64,000 bases of DNA from Synechococcales cyanobacterium VAR_4_metabat_354 (GCA_031414775.1 JANOQI010000046.1:116116-180115); one strand, 5' to 3'; shown: positions 1 through 11,682, numbered from the stretch's first letter. Notes: a model not told the origin generated them from the sequence alone. Program-made: numbers and translations.

Positions 1-850
1 TAATTCCCGAAAAGATCGATGGCCGAATTCCTTCCGCTGTCATTGGATCAACCACACAAGCTGCTTCGCCAGCCAGCACCGCTCGATCGGTATGTAGCTT
101 TTGATCGCCGTCCCACAGACAGAGGGGATGGATGTATTGCTTGGCCGTGCTGAGATCAATGTTGAACATGCTTTGAGCGTAGTTCTCAATAATTTTTTTC
201 AAATCTTGGCCTTCGCCACCTCGGAAAGTACCGATGCCGATCGAATAACCATTATCTTTAGGGAAATTCCAAATGTAGCCATTCTTGACCATCCCAAATT
301 CAAAATTAATCACTGGCGACACATTCTCAGCCATGCCCTCTAACTCTAACGCCCCTGCCAATCGCCGTTTTCGATCCTTAAAGCCCAAAAACTTGGCCAT
401 TGGCCCTTTAGCGCCATCGGCAGCAATCAAATACTTGCCACTGACCGTGCCGTTACTGGTGCTAACCTGCCAGGTTTCACCCACCAGTTCCGCCCCAGTT
501 ACCTCGGTACCATCCATCAATTCGGCTCCTTGACCTTGAGCTTTTTGAATTAGGAAGTGATCAAAAACATCCCGCCGCACCATCCAGATCGGTTCAGTCC
601 CAGCTAGCTGGGCTTCCACTTCATCGGACATGTCCCAGGTGTAGCGCAGGACATCGACCTTGGTCGAAATAGCCGGACTAAAATCGAAATCAAACCATTT
701 AGCAACAATCGGCGAAACACCACCGCCACAAGGCTTATAGCGGGGAAGAGTTTCTTTCTCAATGATTACAACTTTGTGCCCCTGCTTAGCGAGATGATAC
801 GCTGCCGCACCTCCAGCTGGGCCAGAACCCACCACAATACAATCAAACAT
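1..850 (-). CDS. Geranylgeranyl reductase family FAD-dependent oxidoreductase (runs off the window start)
   Basis: Absent from ORF track; manual translation from ATG at 850 gives MFDCIVVGSGPAGGAAAYHLAKQGHKVVIIEKETLPRYKPCGGG (GxGxxG Rossmann motif plus the KPCGGG family motif). Confidence 0.85.
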   Translation of the reverse strand, partial: MFDCIVVGSGPAGGAAAYHLAKQGHKVVIIEKETLPRYKPCGGGVSPIVAKWFDFDFSPAISTKVDVLRYTWDMSDEVEAQLAGTEPIWMVRRDVFDHFLIQKAQGQGAELMDGTEVTGAELVGETWQVSTSNGTVSGKYLIAADGAKGPMAKFLGFKDRKRRLAGALELEGMAENVSPVINFEFGMVKNGYIWNFPKDNGYSIGIGTFRGGEGQDLKKIIENYAQSMFNIDLSTAKQYIHPLCLWDGDQKLHTDRAVLAGEAACVVDPMTAEGIRPSIFSGI

Positions 851-931
851 TGCCGATAATCTCCTGGAGCTAAATCGTTACTATCTTAGCAAGACCTTTT
901 CTTTTAAAGCATTGCTACCCGCTTATTGAGC

Positions 932-2222
<1,291 letters not shown>

Positions 2223-2377
2223 TCAAGATACCAGAGATTCGGTACTGACGGCTGAGTGGGATTTTTTTGGTGTGCTTTAATTGGTTAACTAGAAATTTAG
2301 TTAATAGGGATCGATCACCGTCCGGCTTTGTCGTACTGTTGTCGTCATAAGTACTGTTCGTAATGCCCTTTTAACCA

Positions 2378-3181
2378 ATGTCCTTTCACACCAGCGGTGT
2401 CAGCCAAGCGATTGTCCACACTATTGATTCTCAATTTTTCACCTACCAACCACCAGCCGCTGCCCACCACGCCCAACGCATTCTAGTCAAACCTAATCTC
2501 GGCTACCCCGTGGCTCACCCTGTCACCGTCAGCATCCCAATTCTTAAAGCGATTCTCATGGCTCTCCGCCAAGCCAGCCCCCAGGCAGAAATCTTGATCG
2601 TTGAAGGAGTCTGTTCCCCCGTCAGCCTGCCAGATATTGCCAGCAAACTTGGTCTCCATAGCATGTTGGATGAAGGAATGCAGCTCTTCGATGCTGACAC
2701 TCTGCCAATGATCGAATATCCCAACCTATCGCCAAAACCAGTGCGCTTCCAGACCATGTGGGCACCAGCCCTGCTCCAAGAAGTTGATTGCCGAATTAGC
2801 GTCGGCACCTTCAAACGCACAATCCTCAAGGATGAAGCCCTAATTTCGGCATCGCTAAAAAACCTGTATGGCTTGTTTCCTCGATCGCATTACCAAGCCC
2901 GTAGCCCTAACTCCCGTGGTCAACTCCATCGACCCTCGGTTCCTCAGGTCTTGCAAGATGTCTATTTTTGTGTTGGGCATTTATTTGACGGTGCCGTAGT
3001 CGATGCCCATCAACGCTTACTTAGCCCCGGCTGGCAGCCAGACAAAGGCCAAAAAATCGACTTTGGCAAGGTATTTTATGGAGATGATTTGGTGACTGTC
3101 GATCGAACGGCTTGTGCTGCTGCTGGCGAAAAAATTCCAGATTACATTGATGAGATCGAACAATTACGTTTACGCTTGTAA
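2378..3181 (+). CDS. DUF362 domain protein
   Basis: ILVKPN, IVEG, SLKNLYG and C-terminal DLVTVD motifs typical of DUF362. Confidence 0.75.
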   Translation: MSFHTSGVSQAIVHTIDSQFFTYQPPAAAHHAQRILVKPNLGYPVAHPVTVSIPILKAILMALRQASPQAEILIVEGVCSPVSLPDIASKLGLHSMLDEGMQLFDADTLPMIEYPNLSPKPVRFQTMWAPALLQEVDCRISVGTFKRTILKDEALISASLKNLYGLFPRSHYQARSPNSRGQLHRPSVPQVLQDVYFCVGHLFDGAVVDAHQRLLSPGWQPDKGQKIDFGKVFYGDDLVTVDRTACAAAGEKIPDYIDEIEQLRLRL

Positions 3182-5344
3182 CCGCTCCTGTAAGCGCGTG
3201 TTGCGGCGGACTGACTTAGTACTATTCACGGCCTGTTGCATGGCTCGTTCCTCACCAACCAATATCACTAGATGACGACCTCTGGTGATCGCTGTATACA
3301 GCAAGTTGCGTTGCAACATCATGCTGTGCTGAGTACTGATCGGAATCACCACCACTGGAAACTCCGATCCTTGGCTCTTGTGAATAGTAATCGAATAGGC
3401 CAACATCACATTATCCAGCTGGGCAAAGCTATATTCAATCAGCTTGCCAGCGGGTTCCTGCCAATCGGGATAACGGATCTGGGTGATTATTTCCTCATCT
3501 TTAGTGGCGATCGATTCTACCACCCCAATATCACCATTAAAGACCAACTGGGTATAGTCATTACTGGTTTGAATCACTCGATCGCCAACTCTAAATTGTT
3601 TGATTTTCCGCTGACCAGGTACCTCTGGATTCCAGAGTTTTTGCACCAATTGATTGGTGGCAATATTGCCGCTATCAGACTTGTGCATTGGCGCTAGATA
3701 CTGAACATCCGCCGGGGCATAACCCAATTGGGGCAGTTTTTCTTGGAACAACCATTCGATCGCTTTCGGAATGATCGCCGAGTTGCATTTCAGCCACAGA
3801 CAATCCGTTTCAAATTTTTCGGTAACTTTGGTAATTACTTCCAACGCGGGCATTTGACCAGCATTAATCGCATAAGAACATTGGGTAATTTTAGAAGCAG
3901 CAGCTTGCCGAAACACCTCGGTCAGTTCCGCCACCGGAAACACCCGCGATTGAATCATGTCGCGCAGCACGTTCCCCGCCGCAATCGAGGGTAACTGATT
4001 CACATCGCCAATTAGCAATACCTGGGCTGACAGCGGCATGGCCGCAATCAAAGAGTCGGCGATCGATAGATCCAACATCGAAGTTTCATCAATAATAAAA
4101 CAGTCCCCCTCTAACGGATAGCGACTATTGTGACTAAAGCCACTCCCCGTCCAACCCAATAGCCGGTGAATAGTTTGCGCCTCTAAGCCAGTACTTTCTT
4201 GAATCCGCAGCGCAGCTTTACCAGTAGGTGCACAAGCGACCACCCGGCGTTTTTGATCGAGCCAGAATTGGACAATCGCTTTAGCAGTAGCCGTCTTACC
4301 CACCCCCGCACCGCCCGTCATAATCGTCACGCCTTGGGTCGCCGCCATCACCAATGCGGCTTTTTGCCCCGCCGCTAGCTCGATATTGTTGTCGGTTTCG
4401 TAATCTGTGATCCAAGCATCCAGGTCGGTCTTTAGCTCAAAGCTACCGCACAAACCTTGCAGATTATCGGCTAACCGACATTCGGCCTGGTGGGCGCGGT
4501 ATAGATAAACATCTTCCGACTCCACTACTAACTTTCGCCGTTCCGGAGCAGTGGCTGCACACAAAGATTTGATATGAGCGGCAATGGACTCAGTAGTCGG
4601 TTGATGACTGGGTAGTCTTAAGACATCCGCACAAATTCGGATGAGCACTACTTGCGGTAAATAACAATGCCCCTGCTGCTGGGCGGCTTGGCGCAGGGTA
4701 TCGGCAATTGCTGCTTGGTAACGAGCTGCGCTATTAATCGCAATTCCCGTCTTTAGGGCAATGTCATCGGCTCGCTTAAAGCCAAAGCCCCGCACCCGCT
4801 CTATTAAAACGTAGGGATCTTCTTTGATGGTTGCGATCGACTCATCCCCAAATTCGCGGTAAATTTTAGCCGCATAGGTCGCCGAAATTCCCAAACCAGC
4901 CAAAAAAGCAATCAGGTGTTGCAGCTTGCGGCTCTCAGAATAGGACTGCACCATTTTATCTAGTTTATTGATGGTGATGCCACTCACTTCCAGCAACCGT
5001 TCTGGCTCGCGCTCCAGAATCTGGAAGGTATCATCACCAAAATGATCAACCATCCGCGCCGCCATTTTTTTGCCAATACCTTGGAGCGTGATCAAAAATC
5101 CAATCACCGACTCCCGCCCCACCGGTTCCGCGATCCGATAACTGGTGAAATTGAACTGGTTGCCATAACTGGGATGCTGCCGCCAATCGCCATAAAGAGT
5201 CACTGCCAAGTCTTTTTGGGGGGCGGGCATCACGCCTACGGCTTTAAAAGATTGAAAATCGGCGTCAGCCATCTGGATCACCACGTAGTGATCATCACTA
5301 TTTTGATGCATGACTTGAGCGATCGTCCCGTTGATTTCGGCCAT
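3170..5344 (-). CDS. recD2: ATP-dependent RecD2-like SF1B DNA helicase
   Basis: N-terminal HPSYGNQF and HhH repeats, Walker A GGAGVGKT, DETSM, TIHKSQGSEF, LYTAITRG. Confidence 0.92.
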   Translation of the reverse strand: MAEINGTIAQVMHQNSDDHYVVIQMADADFQSFKAVGVMPAPQKDLAVTLYGDWRQHPSYGNQFNFTSYRIAEPVGRESVIGFLITLQGIGKKMAARMVDHFGDDTFQILEREPERLLEVSGITINKLDKMVQSYSESRKLQHLIAFLAGLGISATYAAKIYREFGDESIATIKEDPYVLIERVRGFGFKRADDIALKTGIAINSAARYQAAIADTLRQAAQQQGHCYLPQVVLIRICADVLRLPSHQPTTESIAAHIKSLCAATAPERRKLVVESEDVYLYRAHQAECRLADNLQGLCGSFELKTDLDAWITDYETDNNIELAAGQKAALVMAATQGVTIMTGGAGVGKTATAKAIVQFWLDQKRRVVACAPTGKAALRIQESTGLEAQTIHRLLGWTGSGFSHNSRYPLEGDCFIIDETSMLDLSIADSLIAAMPLSAQVLLIGDVNQLPSIAAGNVLRDMIQSRVFPVAELTEVFRQAAASKITQCSYAINAGQMPALEVITKVTEKFETDCLWLKCNSAIIPKAIEWLFQEKLPQLGYAPADVQYLAPMHKSDSGNIATNQLVQKLWNPEVPGQRKIKQFRVGDRVIQTSNDYTQLVFNGDIGVVESIATKDEEIITQIRYPDWQEPAGKLIEYSFAQLDNVMLAYSITIHKSQGSEFPVVVIPISTQHSMMLQRNLLYTAITRGRHLVILVGEERAMQQAVNSTKSVRRNTRLQERLQA

Positions 5345-5372
5345 GACCCGTGGGAAGCAAGGATGCTGGCCA

Positions 5373-6614
5373 TTATACTTTCAAGTTGACCGTCGTGAAG
5401 CCCTGTCGGAGGGTTTGCTGCCGGATCAACCACGATTTTTTGATGCGCTGGCCAATTACTGGCGCTAACTGCCTGACGAGCTGCCGCAAGAGCGGGTATT
5501 TTCGCAGCAACTGAGCCTGCCCCATTTCGGCCTGTTGGAGAGCTTGTATTTGCAAAATTTCTGGCTCTCGATCGGCTTGAATTTGAGGTAGTAGTCGATC
5601 GATCTCTATCCCACTCAAATTGTTTTGCAGAGCTGGCACCAGATAATTAGCCGCCACAATCACATCCCGCAGCGCCATATTAATGCCCTGAGCGCGGATC
5701 GGCGACATCGGATGGGCAGCATCGCCCAACAGTAATAAACCCTGGGTATGCCAACGAGGGCAATAACCAACTAATACCGATAGCAGCACTGGTCTCTCGA
5801 TCGAGGCTGCTGCCGACCGAAAATGAGCAGCCAACCAAGGGGGAGCAGCAGTGGCTAAAATCTCCGGCCAGTCGGCATTTTTCCAATCGATCGGATCATC
5901 GGCATGTAAGCTCCAACCCACTTGCAATTGACCAGTAGCACTCCGAAATACCCCAAAGGAATGTTGACCACGAACGAACGAATAGAATACATTCTCCATC
6001 GTTGGCAAATCCGCCATCTTGAACCACAAAATATCAAAATCTTGGGGCTGTTCTATCAATGGCAAATTAGCCTGCGCCCGGACTTGAGAATTCTGGCCAT
6101 CGCAGCCAATCACTAAATCGGCGGTCAGGGTTCGATTTCCCGACAATTTCACTCCCACCACCCGATTCTTTTGCGTCCTTCGGGCAGGCTCAGCCAACAG
6201 AGATGCTTCGTTCCCGCCATCCCACCACAAATCCTGCACCGCAGTACCAGCCAGAAATTCAAAATTTGGATAGGCACTAGCTTGAGCTATTAACTTTGGG
6301 AGTAGAGCCGGTTGTGAAACCAGAGTACAAGGCTGACCACCAGCTTCCATCGGTTCATCTACTCGAAATAGCGACTGGTTTTCAATAAATACTTCCCAGG
6401 CAGCTAAAGACTGGTGCGGAATACTAGTTATCATCTCCGCTAAACCCATTTGACTCAGAGCACCCCAACCATTGGGCATCAGTGCCTCCCCGCGAAAGAT
6501 TCGTTGAGATTTGGTGGCGGCTTCGATAAGCTGCACCTTGATGCCACGTCGAGCGAGTAACAGCGATAGAGTGACCCCGGTCGGGCCAGCACCAACAACA
6601 ATAACTTGAGCCAT
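5373..6614 (-). CDS. FAD-dependent monooxygenase/oxidoreductase
   Basis: VVGAGPTG, VIGCDG, LLGDAAHPMSPIRAQGINMALRD. Confidence 0.9.
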   Translation of the reverse strand: MAQVIVVGAGPTGVTLSLLLARRGIKVQLIEAATKSQRIFRGEALMPNGWGALSQMGLAEMITSIPHQSLAAWEVFIENQSLFRVDEPMEAGGQPCTLVSQPALLPKLIAQASAYPNFEFLAGTAVQDLWWDGGNEASLLAEPARRTQKNRVVGVKLSGNRTLTADLVIGCDGQNSQVRAQANLPLIEQPQDFDILWFKMADLPTMENVFYSFVRGQHSFGVFRSATGQLQVGWSLHADDPIDWKNADWPEILATAAPPWLAAHFRSAAASIERPVLLSVLVGYCPRWHTQGLLLLGDAAHPMSPIRAQGINMALRDVIVAANYLVPALQNNLSGIEIDRLLPQIQADREPEILQIQALQQAEMGQAQLLRKYPLLRQLVRQLAPVIGQRIKKSWLIRQQTLRQGFTTVNLKV

Positions 6615-6810
6615 TGTGAATATTAGAAGATCATCCCTACTCTAGAATGAATGCTAGTCATTCTCAACCTTACACTGGTTGCCGCCTGACTGCCGGACAC
6701 AATTAGTTCAAAACTAGAACTAAAGACAAAGATGGAAAATCAGGGAGAAGTTTATGAGAAGCTGGAGTTTACGACAAAACCTACTCCTCATGAAATCTCC
6801 TACCCCCATC

Positions 6811-6992
6811 TATAGAACCCATTTGGTGTCTTTTATTGCAATGCAAGGGATTCACGAAAGTCGTTTTAATCAACCCAGCAGCCAAAGGGGTTAAACAGCT
6901 GAGGAATTATGAGAATTTGCTGCAAGGGATAATGAGATCCATGTGGGCAAAGAGCTTCTAAGCAAGGAATTAGATACCAAATGGGTTCTATA
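6811..6992. mobile_element. MITE (~180 bp) with terminal inverted repeats, probably IS630-derived
   Basis: TCTATAGAACCCATTTGGTGTC (6809-6830) vs GATACCAAATGGGTTCTATAGA (6973-6994), 21/22 inverted match; TA at both ends; no internal ORF. Confidence 0.75.
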
Positions 6993-7080
6993 GAAATTGA
7001 AGACGGAGATTAAGATTTAATTTGATTGCTGGAATTTAAAATTATAAGATTTCCTCATCATCCAAACAGGTGATTATTTG

Positions 7081-7100
7081 AGACTTTTGCAAGAGATCTA
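7081..7100 (-). mobile_element. Isolated IS terminal repeat (right end)
   Basis: Reverse complement TAGATCTCTTGCAAAAGTCT matches 13046-13065 at 17/20 and resembles common cyanobacterial IS ends. Confidence 0.5.
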
Positions 7101-7352
7101 TTGATTAAATAAGTGTGTAATATCGAACGCTTTTATGTGTGGGATGAACAAGCTATTCGCAATCATTTGTTCTGTGCGTTGAGTGCTTTTTACAAGCTGC
7201 AAACGATGTGCATTAAGGGGATGATCAACAATTGCTATGAGATATCGCGCCAACTGTTTATACCGGTCATTCGTCAGTTTATTCTGGATAACTTGACCGA
7301 ATTTATATTTTTCTCTCAGCATTAGGGTACTTTTGTCAATGCATAACTTCTA
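7101..7352 (+). pseudogene. IS701-family transposase 3' remnant with right end
   Basis: CNIERFYV..AIRNHLFCAL..FIPVIRQFI is a transposase C-terminus; followed by TGTCAATGCATAACTTCTA, resembling IS701-type ends. Confidence 0.65.
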
Positions 7353-7445
7353 TGATTATCAATATGACTCTGGGTATGTTCCTGGATATTTTTCAGTCTG
7401 ATATGGTAGAGGGATGAAATCTAATAATTTAGAGAATTTAAATCC

Positions 7446-8270
7446 ATGCCCAAGCTCGAAGATAATAAAACAAGATGGGATGGTGAATATCATTGGCGCG
7501 ATCAAGGTGATGAGTGGTCAGCCTTATGGGGCGATCCCTCGATGCAGTGGCATGGTACCATCCTGCCCAGAATCAAGGCACACATTCCAGCTAATCGGAT
7601 AGTAGAAATTGCCTGTGGTTATGGCCGCTGGACACAATACCTCAAAGATCTTTGTCAAAATCTAATTGCGATCGATCTTTCCGAGGAATGTATTAAAGCC
7701 AGCCAACAACGCTTTGCCGATTGCTCAAATATCGAATACCACGTCAATGATGGCCGATCGCTGGATATGATCCCAGATTCTTCAGTGGATTTTGTGTTCA
7801 GTTTTGATTCGCTGGTTCATGCCGATGAATCCGTGATCAACGCTTACCTGTGTCAATTCAAAAGAATACTGACTAAAGATGGCGTGGCTTTCATTCACCA
7901 TTCCAATTTTGGTGAATACGCTCCGGTCTATGCCAAAATTCGCGATGTACCTAATCTCGAAGAAATTTTGATCCAGTCGGACATCCTGGAGCAGTCTACC
8001 CACTGGCGAGATGCTAGTGTCGATGCCCAAAAGGTCGAAACGTTGGCTACCAAAAATGGTTTGAGCTGCATCAGCCAAGAAATCGTCCCTTGGTCAACCA
8101 AGAAAATGTTTATTGATTGCATGTCTACGATCGTCAAAAACGATTCATCACTGGCTAGGACTAACCGCGTCTTGAGAAATGCCAATTTTATGGAAGAAGC
8201 CCATAATCTCTTGCAGCTTTCTCGGCTATATGATGCAGGCCAGGACTTAAAGGAGGCTAATCGATTATGA
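7446..8270 (+). CDS. Class I SAM-dependent methyltransferase
   Basis: IVEIACGYGRW motif I, AIDLS, SVDFVFSFDSLVH, RILTKDG. Confidence 0.85.
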   Translation: MPKLEDNKTRWDGEYHWRDQGDEWSALWGDPSMQWHGTILPRIKAHIPANRIVEIACGYGRWTQYLKDLCQNLIAIDLSEECIKASQQRFADCSNIEYHVNDGRSLDMIPDSSVDFVFSFDSLVHADESVINAYLCQFKRILTKDGVAFIHHSNFGEYAPVYAKIRDVPNLEEILIQSDILEQSTHWRDASVDAQKVETLATKNGLSCISQEIVPWSTKKMFIDCMSTIVKNDSSLARTNRVLRNANFMEEAHNLLQLSRLYDAGQDLKEANRL

Positions 8271-8303
8271 TCAAAAAGAATTTTTTCTGCCCAGGGTAAT
8301 TCG

Positions 8304-9224
8304 GTGCAACTAAAAAACGTAATTATTGCCCACAAAGCACACGACCAGTTTAGCCGGAGCTTCGCTGAGAAATCGGCCAAAGAACTAGAAACATTGGGCT
8401 GCAAGGTGATGATGGGACCGAGTGGCGCTAAGGATAATCCTTTTCCGGTCTTCTTAGCCTCTACCCATGAACCGATCGATCTCGCTATCATCTTCGGTGG
8501 CGATGGCACTGCCTTAGCTGCTGCTCGGCAAGTTTCCCCCGATGGCATTCCCATCTTGGCAATCAATGCTGGTGGCCACCTGGGGTTTTTGACCGAATCC
8601 TTAGATTTCATGGATGACTCCATGAGTATCTGGGAGCGGCTGACCAGCGACAGATTTGCGATCGAACGGCGGATGATGCTCCAGGCCACTGTATATGAAG
8701 GTGATTCTAGTAACCGCGAACCAGTCAGCGACACCTTTTTGGCCTTAAACGAAATGTGTATCAAACCGGCCGCCGCCGATCGAATGCTCACCTCGATTCT
8801 GGAAATGGAAATTGACGGTGAAGTTGTTGATCAATATCAAGGTGACGGCCTGGTAATTTCTACGCCCACTGGTTCCACCTGCTATAACCTTTCGGCCAAC
8901 GGTCCGATCGTCCATTCTGGCATGGAGGCAATTAGCGTTACCCCGATCTGTCCGCTCAGTTTATCGAGCCGTCCGATCGTCATTCCGCCTGGTGCGATGG
9001 TGGGGGTGTGGGCGCTGGGCGACTATGAGTTAAACACCAAGCTGTGGATGGATGGTGTGATGGCCACGGCCATCTGGCCAGGGCATCGGGTGGAAGTGCG
9101 CAAGGCCGACTGCCAAGCCCAATTTATTATCCTGCGCGAAGACTATTCTTACTATCGCACTCTGCGCGATAAGCTGCTGTGGGCAGGGGCACGGATTCGT
9201 TACAACAATCACCATCGTAACTAG
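8304..9224 (+). CDS. nadK: NAD(+) kinase
   Basis: GGDGT, GHLGFL, ALNE, GDGLVISTPTGSTCYNLSANGP. Confidence 0.95.
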   Translation: MQLKNVIIAHKAHDQFSRSFAEKSAKELETLGCKVMMGPSGAKDNPFPVFLASTHEPIDLAIIFGGDGTALAAARQVSPDGIPILAINAGGHLGFLTESLDFMDDSMSIWERLTSDRFAIERRMMLQATVYEGDSSNREPVSDTFLALNEMCIKPAAADRMLTSILEMEIDGEVVDQYQGDGLVISTPTGSTCYNLSANGPIVHSGMEAISVTPICPLSLSSRPIVIPPGAMVGVWALGDYELNTKLWMDGVMATAIWPGHRVEVRKADCQAQFIILREDYSYYRTLRDKLLWAGARIRYNNHHRN

Positions 9225-9233
9225 GATGAATCC

Positions 9234-10583
9234 ATGCTTCCTTGGCACTGGCGATCACTGCCTCTCGATAATCGGAGTGGTTCACAGGTATTTAGCACTT
9301 TATTTTGGGCGGCATCGATCGCAACTTTATTAGAAAGTCCGGCGCAGTCTAGGCTAGCCATGTCTCGCTATTCGATCTGTGCTGGATCGCCAAGAGTTAT
9401 TAATGGAAAACAGCAGCTCTGGACACCACCGCTGGGCGAAATCATGCCTTTTTTGCGGCGGCTATTAGAGCGGGGACAGCCGCTAGCCCCCGATCTGAAT
9501 TTACCATTTACCGGTGGCTGGTTGGGCTGGCTGGGTTATGAAACAGCTTGGGAACTGGAAAATCTGCCCCTACAACGCCCTGATTCTTTACCTTTTCCGG
9601 TGGCTTATTGGTATGAACCAGCCAATTTTGCTGTTTTAGATCACCAACAACAGCAACTGCATCTAGCAGCTACCGATCCAGATGATTTAGTAGTGATGGC
9701 AGCTAAAATTACCACTGCGCATCAACCTACAACTATAGATTTGCTAGCAAATTTATCTAAATCACCACTAAATGTTAGCTTCTTAACTACCGCTAAAGAT
9801 TATCAACAATCTGTACTCCAGGCCAAAGAATATATTCAGGCCGGAGATATTTATCAGGCTAATCTTTCGATGCGTTTTACTGCTCAGATCGAGCAAAATA
9901 GTTGGTCGATCTACAAAAAATTGCATCAGATTAATCCTTCCCCCTTTGCTAGTTACTGGCAAACACCTTGGGGCGCGGTAATTAGTTGTTCACCGGAACG
10001 ATTGGTGCGGCTGGATAGCCAACTGGCTCAGGTGCGTCCGATCGCTGGTACTAGACCACGAGGTGCCGATCTGCTCCAGGATCAAAAATTAGCTGAAATC
10101 TTACGAACCAATCCTAAAGAAATCGCTGAGCACATTATGCTAGTGGATTTAGAACGGAACGATTTGGGCAAAGTTTGTCAGTGGGGCACAGTTGAGGTGG
10201 ATGAGTTGCTATCGATCGAACGTTATTCCCACGTCATGCATTTAGTCAGCAACATCCGAGGCAAACTAGCCGTCGGGCAAGATGCGATCGATCTGATTCA
10301 AGCGACTTTTCCCGGCGGCACCATTACCGGCTGCCCGAAGTTACGCTGCCTGGAAATCATTGCTGAATTAGAACCCAGTCCCCGCAACCTGTTCTATGGT
10401 TCCTGCGGTTACTTGGATCAACGTGGTCAGCTAGATTTGAATATTTTGATTAGAACTTTGCTCTATTATCAAGGACAAATTTGGGGGCAGGTAGGAGCTG
10501 GAATTGTGGCTGATAGCGACCCGGTACAAGAATGGGCAGAATCTTTACAAAAAGCTAAAGCACAAATTCAGGCCATTGGATAG
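9234..10583 (+). CDS. pabB: Aminodeoxychorismate synthase component I / anthranilate synthase component I family
   Basis: SPERL, PIAGTRPRG, EHIMLVDLERNDLG, FPGGTITGCPK, GAGIVADS. Confidence 0.8.
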   Translation: MLPWHWRSLPLDNRSGSQVFSTLFWAASIATLLESPAQSRLAMSRYSICAGSPRVINGKQQLWTPPLGEIMPFLRRLLERGQPLAPDLNLPFTGGWLGWLGYETAWELENLPLQRPDSLPFPVAYWYEPANFAVLDHQQQQLHLAATDPDDLVVMAAKITTAHQPTTIDLLANLSKSPLNVSFLTTAKDYQQSVLQAKEYIQAGDIYQANLSMRFTAQIEQNSWSIYKKLHQINPSPFASYWQTPWGAVISCSPERLVRLDSQLAQVRPIAGTRPRGADLLQDQKLAEILRTNPKEIAEHIMLVDLERNDLGKVCQWGTVEVDELLSIERYSHVMHLVSNIRGKLAVGQDAIDLIQATFPGGTITGCPKLRCLEIIAELEPSPRNLFYGSCGYLDQRGQLDLNILIRTLLYYQGQIWGQVGAGIVADSDPVQEWAESLQKAKAQIQAIG

Positions 10584-10677
10584 TGTTAAAGATGACAGAA
10601 CGTCAGATAATTAGGCATTGACTATTTGATGTTGACTTCCAAAAGCATCAAAAATTTCCATCATTCTGTAATCTACA

Positions 10678-10947
10678 ATGACCGCTGAAAGTTATCTAAA
10701 TCACCCCACTTTTGGTTTACTCTATCGCATTTGCGATCTGGGAGACGACCAAGAACTATTTACCACCCTCTACGCCCAGCGGATGTTTTTCCTGGTAAAA
10801 AACAGTGATGATGGCATCGCTTTTCAACCAATGACCCGCGCCGAATCGAGGATGATGGTGGATAACAGATTACGGATATTGCGTCGAGATGGCAATCTAG
10901 TAGAGCATGGCAAAATTCAGGCGATCCACAAACAAACATTTAGCTGA
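10678..10947 (+). CDS. pipX: PII-interacting protein X (NtcA coactivator)
   Basis: ESYLNHPTFGLLY, ELFTTLYAQRMFFLV, 89 aa. Confidence 0.95.
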   Translation: MTAESYLNHPTFGLLYRICDLGDDQELFTTLYAQRMFFLVKNSDDGIAFQPMTRAESRMMVDNRLRILRRDGNLVEHGKIQAIHKQTFS

Positions 10948-11537
10948 TGGCTCCAGAAAAAAAGACAATCCGCCAACAACTGCTAACTGAACGCCAGAAC
11001 TTAAATAACTCTTTACACCAACAGCTCAGCTACAGGATCTGCCAACATTTAGAAGATTTTCTAGAACATCATCTCTCTAACAATCAAATAATACTGGCCT
11101 ACTATCCTTATCGCCAAGAGCCAGACTTGTCACCGCTACTGCGACTTAGTAAATATCGGTGGGGTTTGCCACGTTGCTTGCCCGATAATGCCACTGCTAC
11201 CAAAATCGATCGACAGTTAGCTTGGCATCTTTGGCACGACGGAGAGCAGTTGATAACCAATCGTTATGGTTTGATGGAGCCAGCTGCCACCTCACCCGTC
11301 ATTGATGTTGCTCAGGTTGGGGTGATTTTGATACCAGCGGTAGCGATCGATCAGCGGGGTTATCGATTGGGTTATGGGGGTGGATATTTCGATCAGCTGT
11401 TGAGTCAGCAAAATTGGCAGCTGGTCATGACGATCGGGGTGGTGTTTGATTTTGCATATGTACCCAAACTACCGGTAGATAAGTGGGATCAGCCGTTGGT
11501 TGCTATTTGTACAGAGTCCGGGCTAGTTAGTTTTTAG
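10947..11537 (+). CDS. 5-formyltetrahydrofolate cyclo-ligase
   Basis: KKTIRQQLL, IPAVAIDQRGYRLGYGGGYFD, WDQP; TGATG overlap with pipX. Confidence 0.92.
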   Translation: MAPEKKTIRQQLLTERQNLNNSLHQQLSYRICQHLEDFLEHHLSNNQIILAYYPYRQEPDLSPLLRLSKYRWGLPRCLPDNATATKIDRQLAWHLWHDGEQLITNRYGLMEPAATSPVIDVAQVGVILIPAVAIDQRGYRLGYGGGYFDQLLSQQNWQLVMTIGVVFDFAYVPKLPVDKWDQPLVAICTESGLVSF

Positions 11538-11682
11538 GCCAAGATTTTAAGAAACGATACCAGTCGCATGGATACCCTAGCGATGACTGGCTTTCCGCGA
11601 TATCATCAAAAGATTGTTAAGCTTGTTCGATATTTTTAAAAGTTTCTTGCCCTAAGCCTTAATAATTTTCAGGAGATAAAAT

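Noticed and set aside
2378..5344. DUF362 plus RecD2 as a defence system
   Set aside because: The genes are convergent, not operonic, and no nuclease or other defence partner is present
7928..8791. Long antisense ORFs (also 35322-36128, 31102-31602, 3272-3697 and others)
   Set aside because: Shadow frames opposite well-supported genes, with no recognisable motifs
10584..10677. NtcA site upstream of pipX
   Set aside because: No GTA-N8-TAC found in the intergenic region
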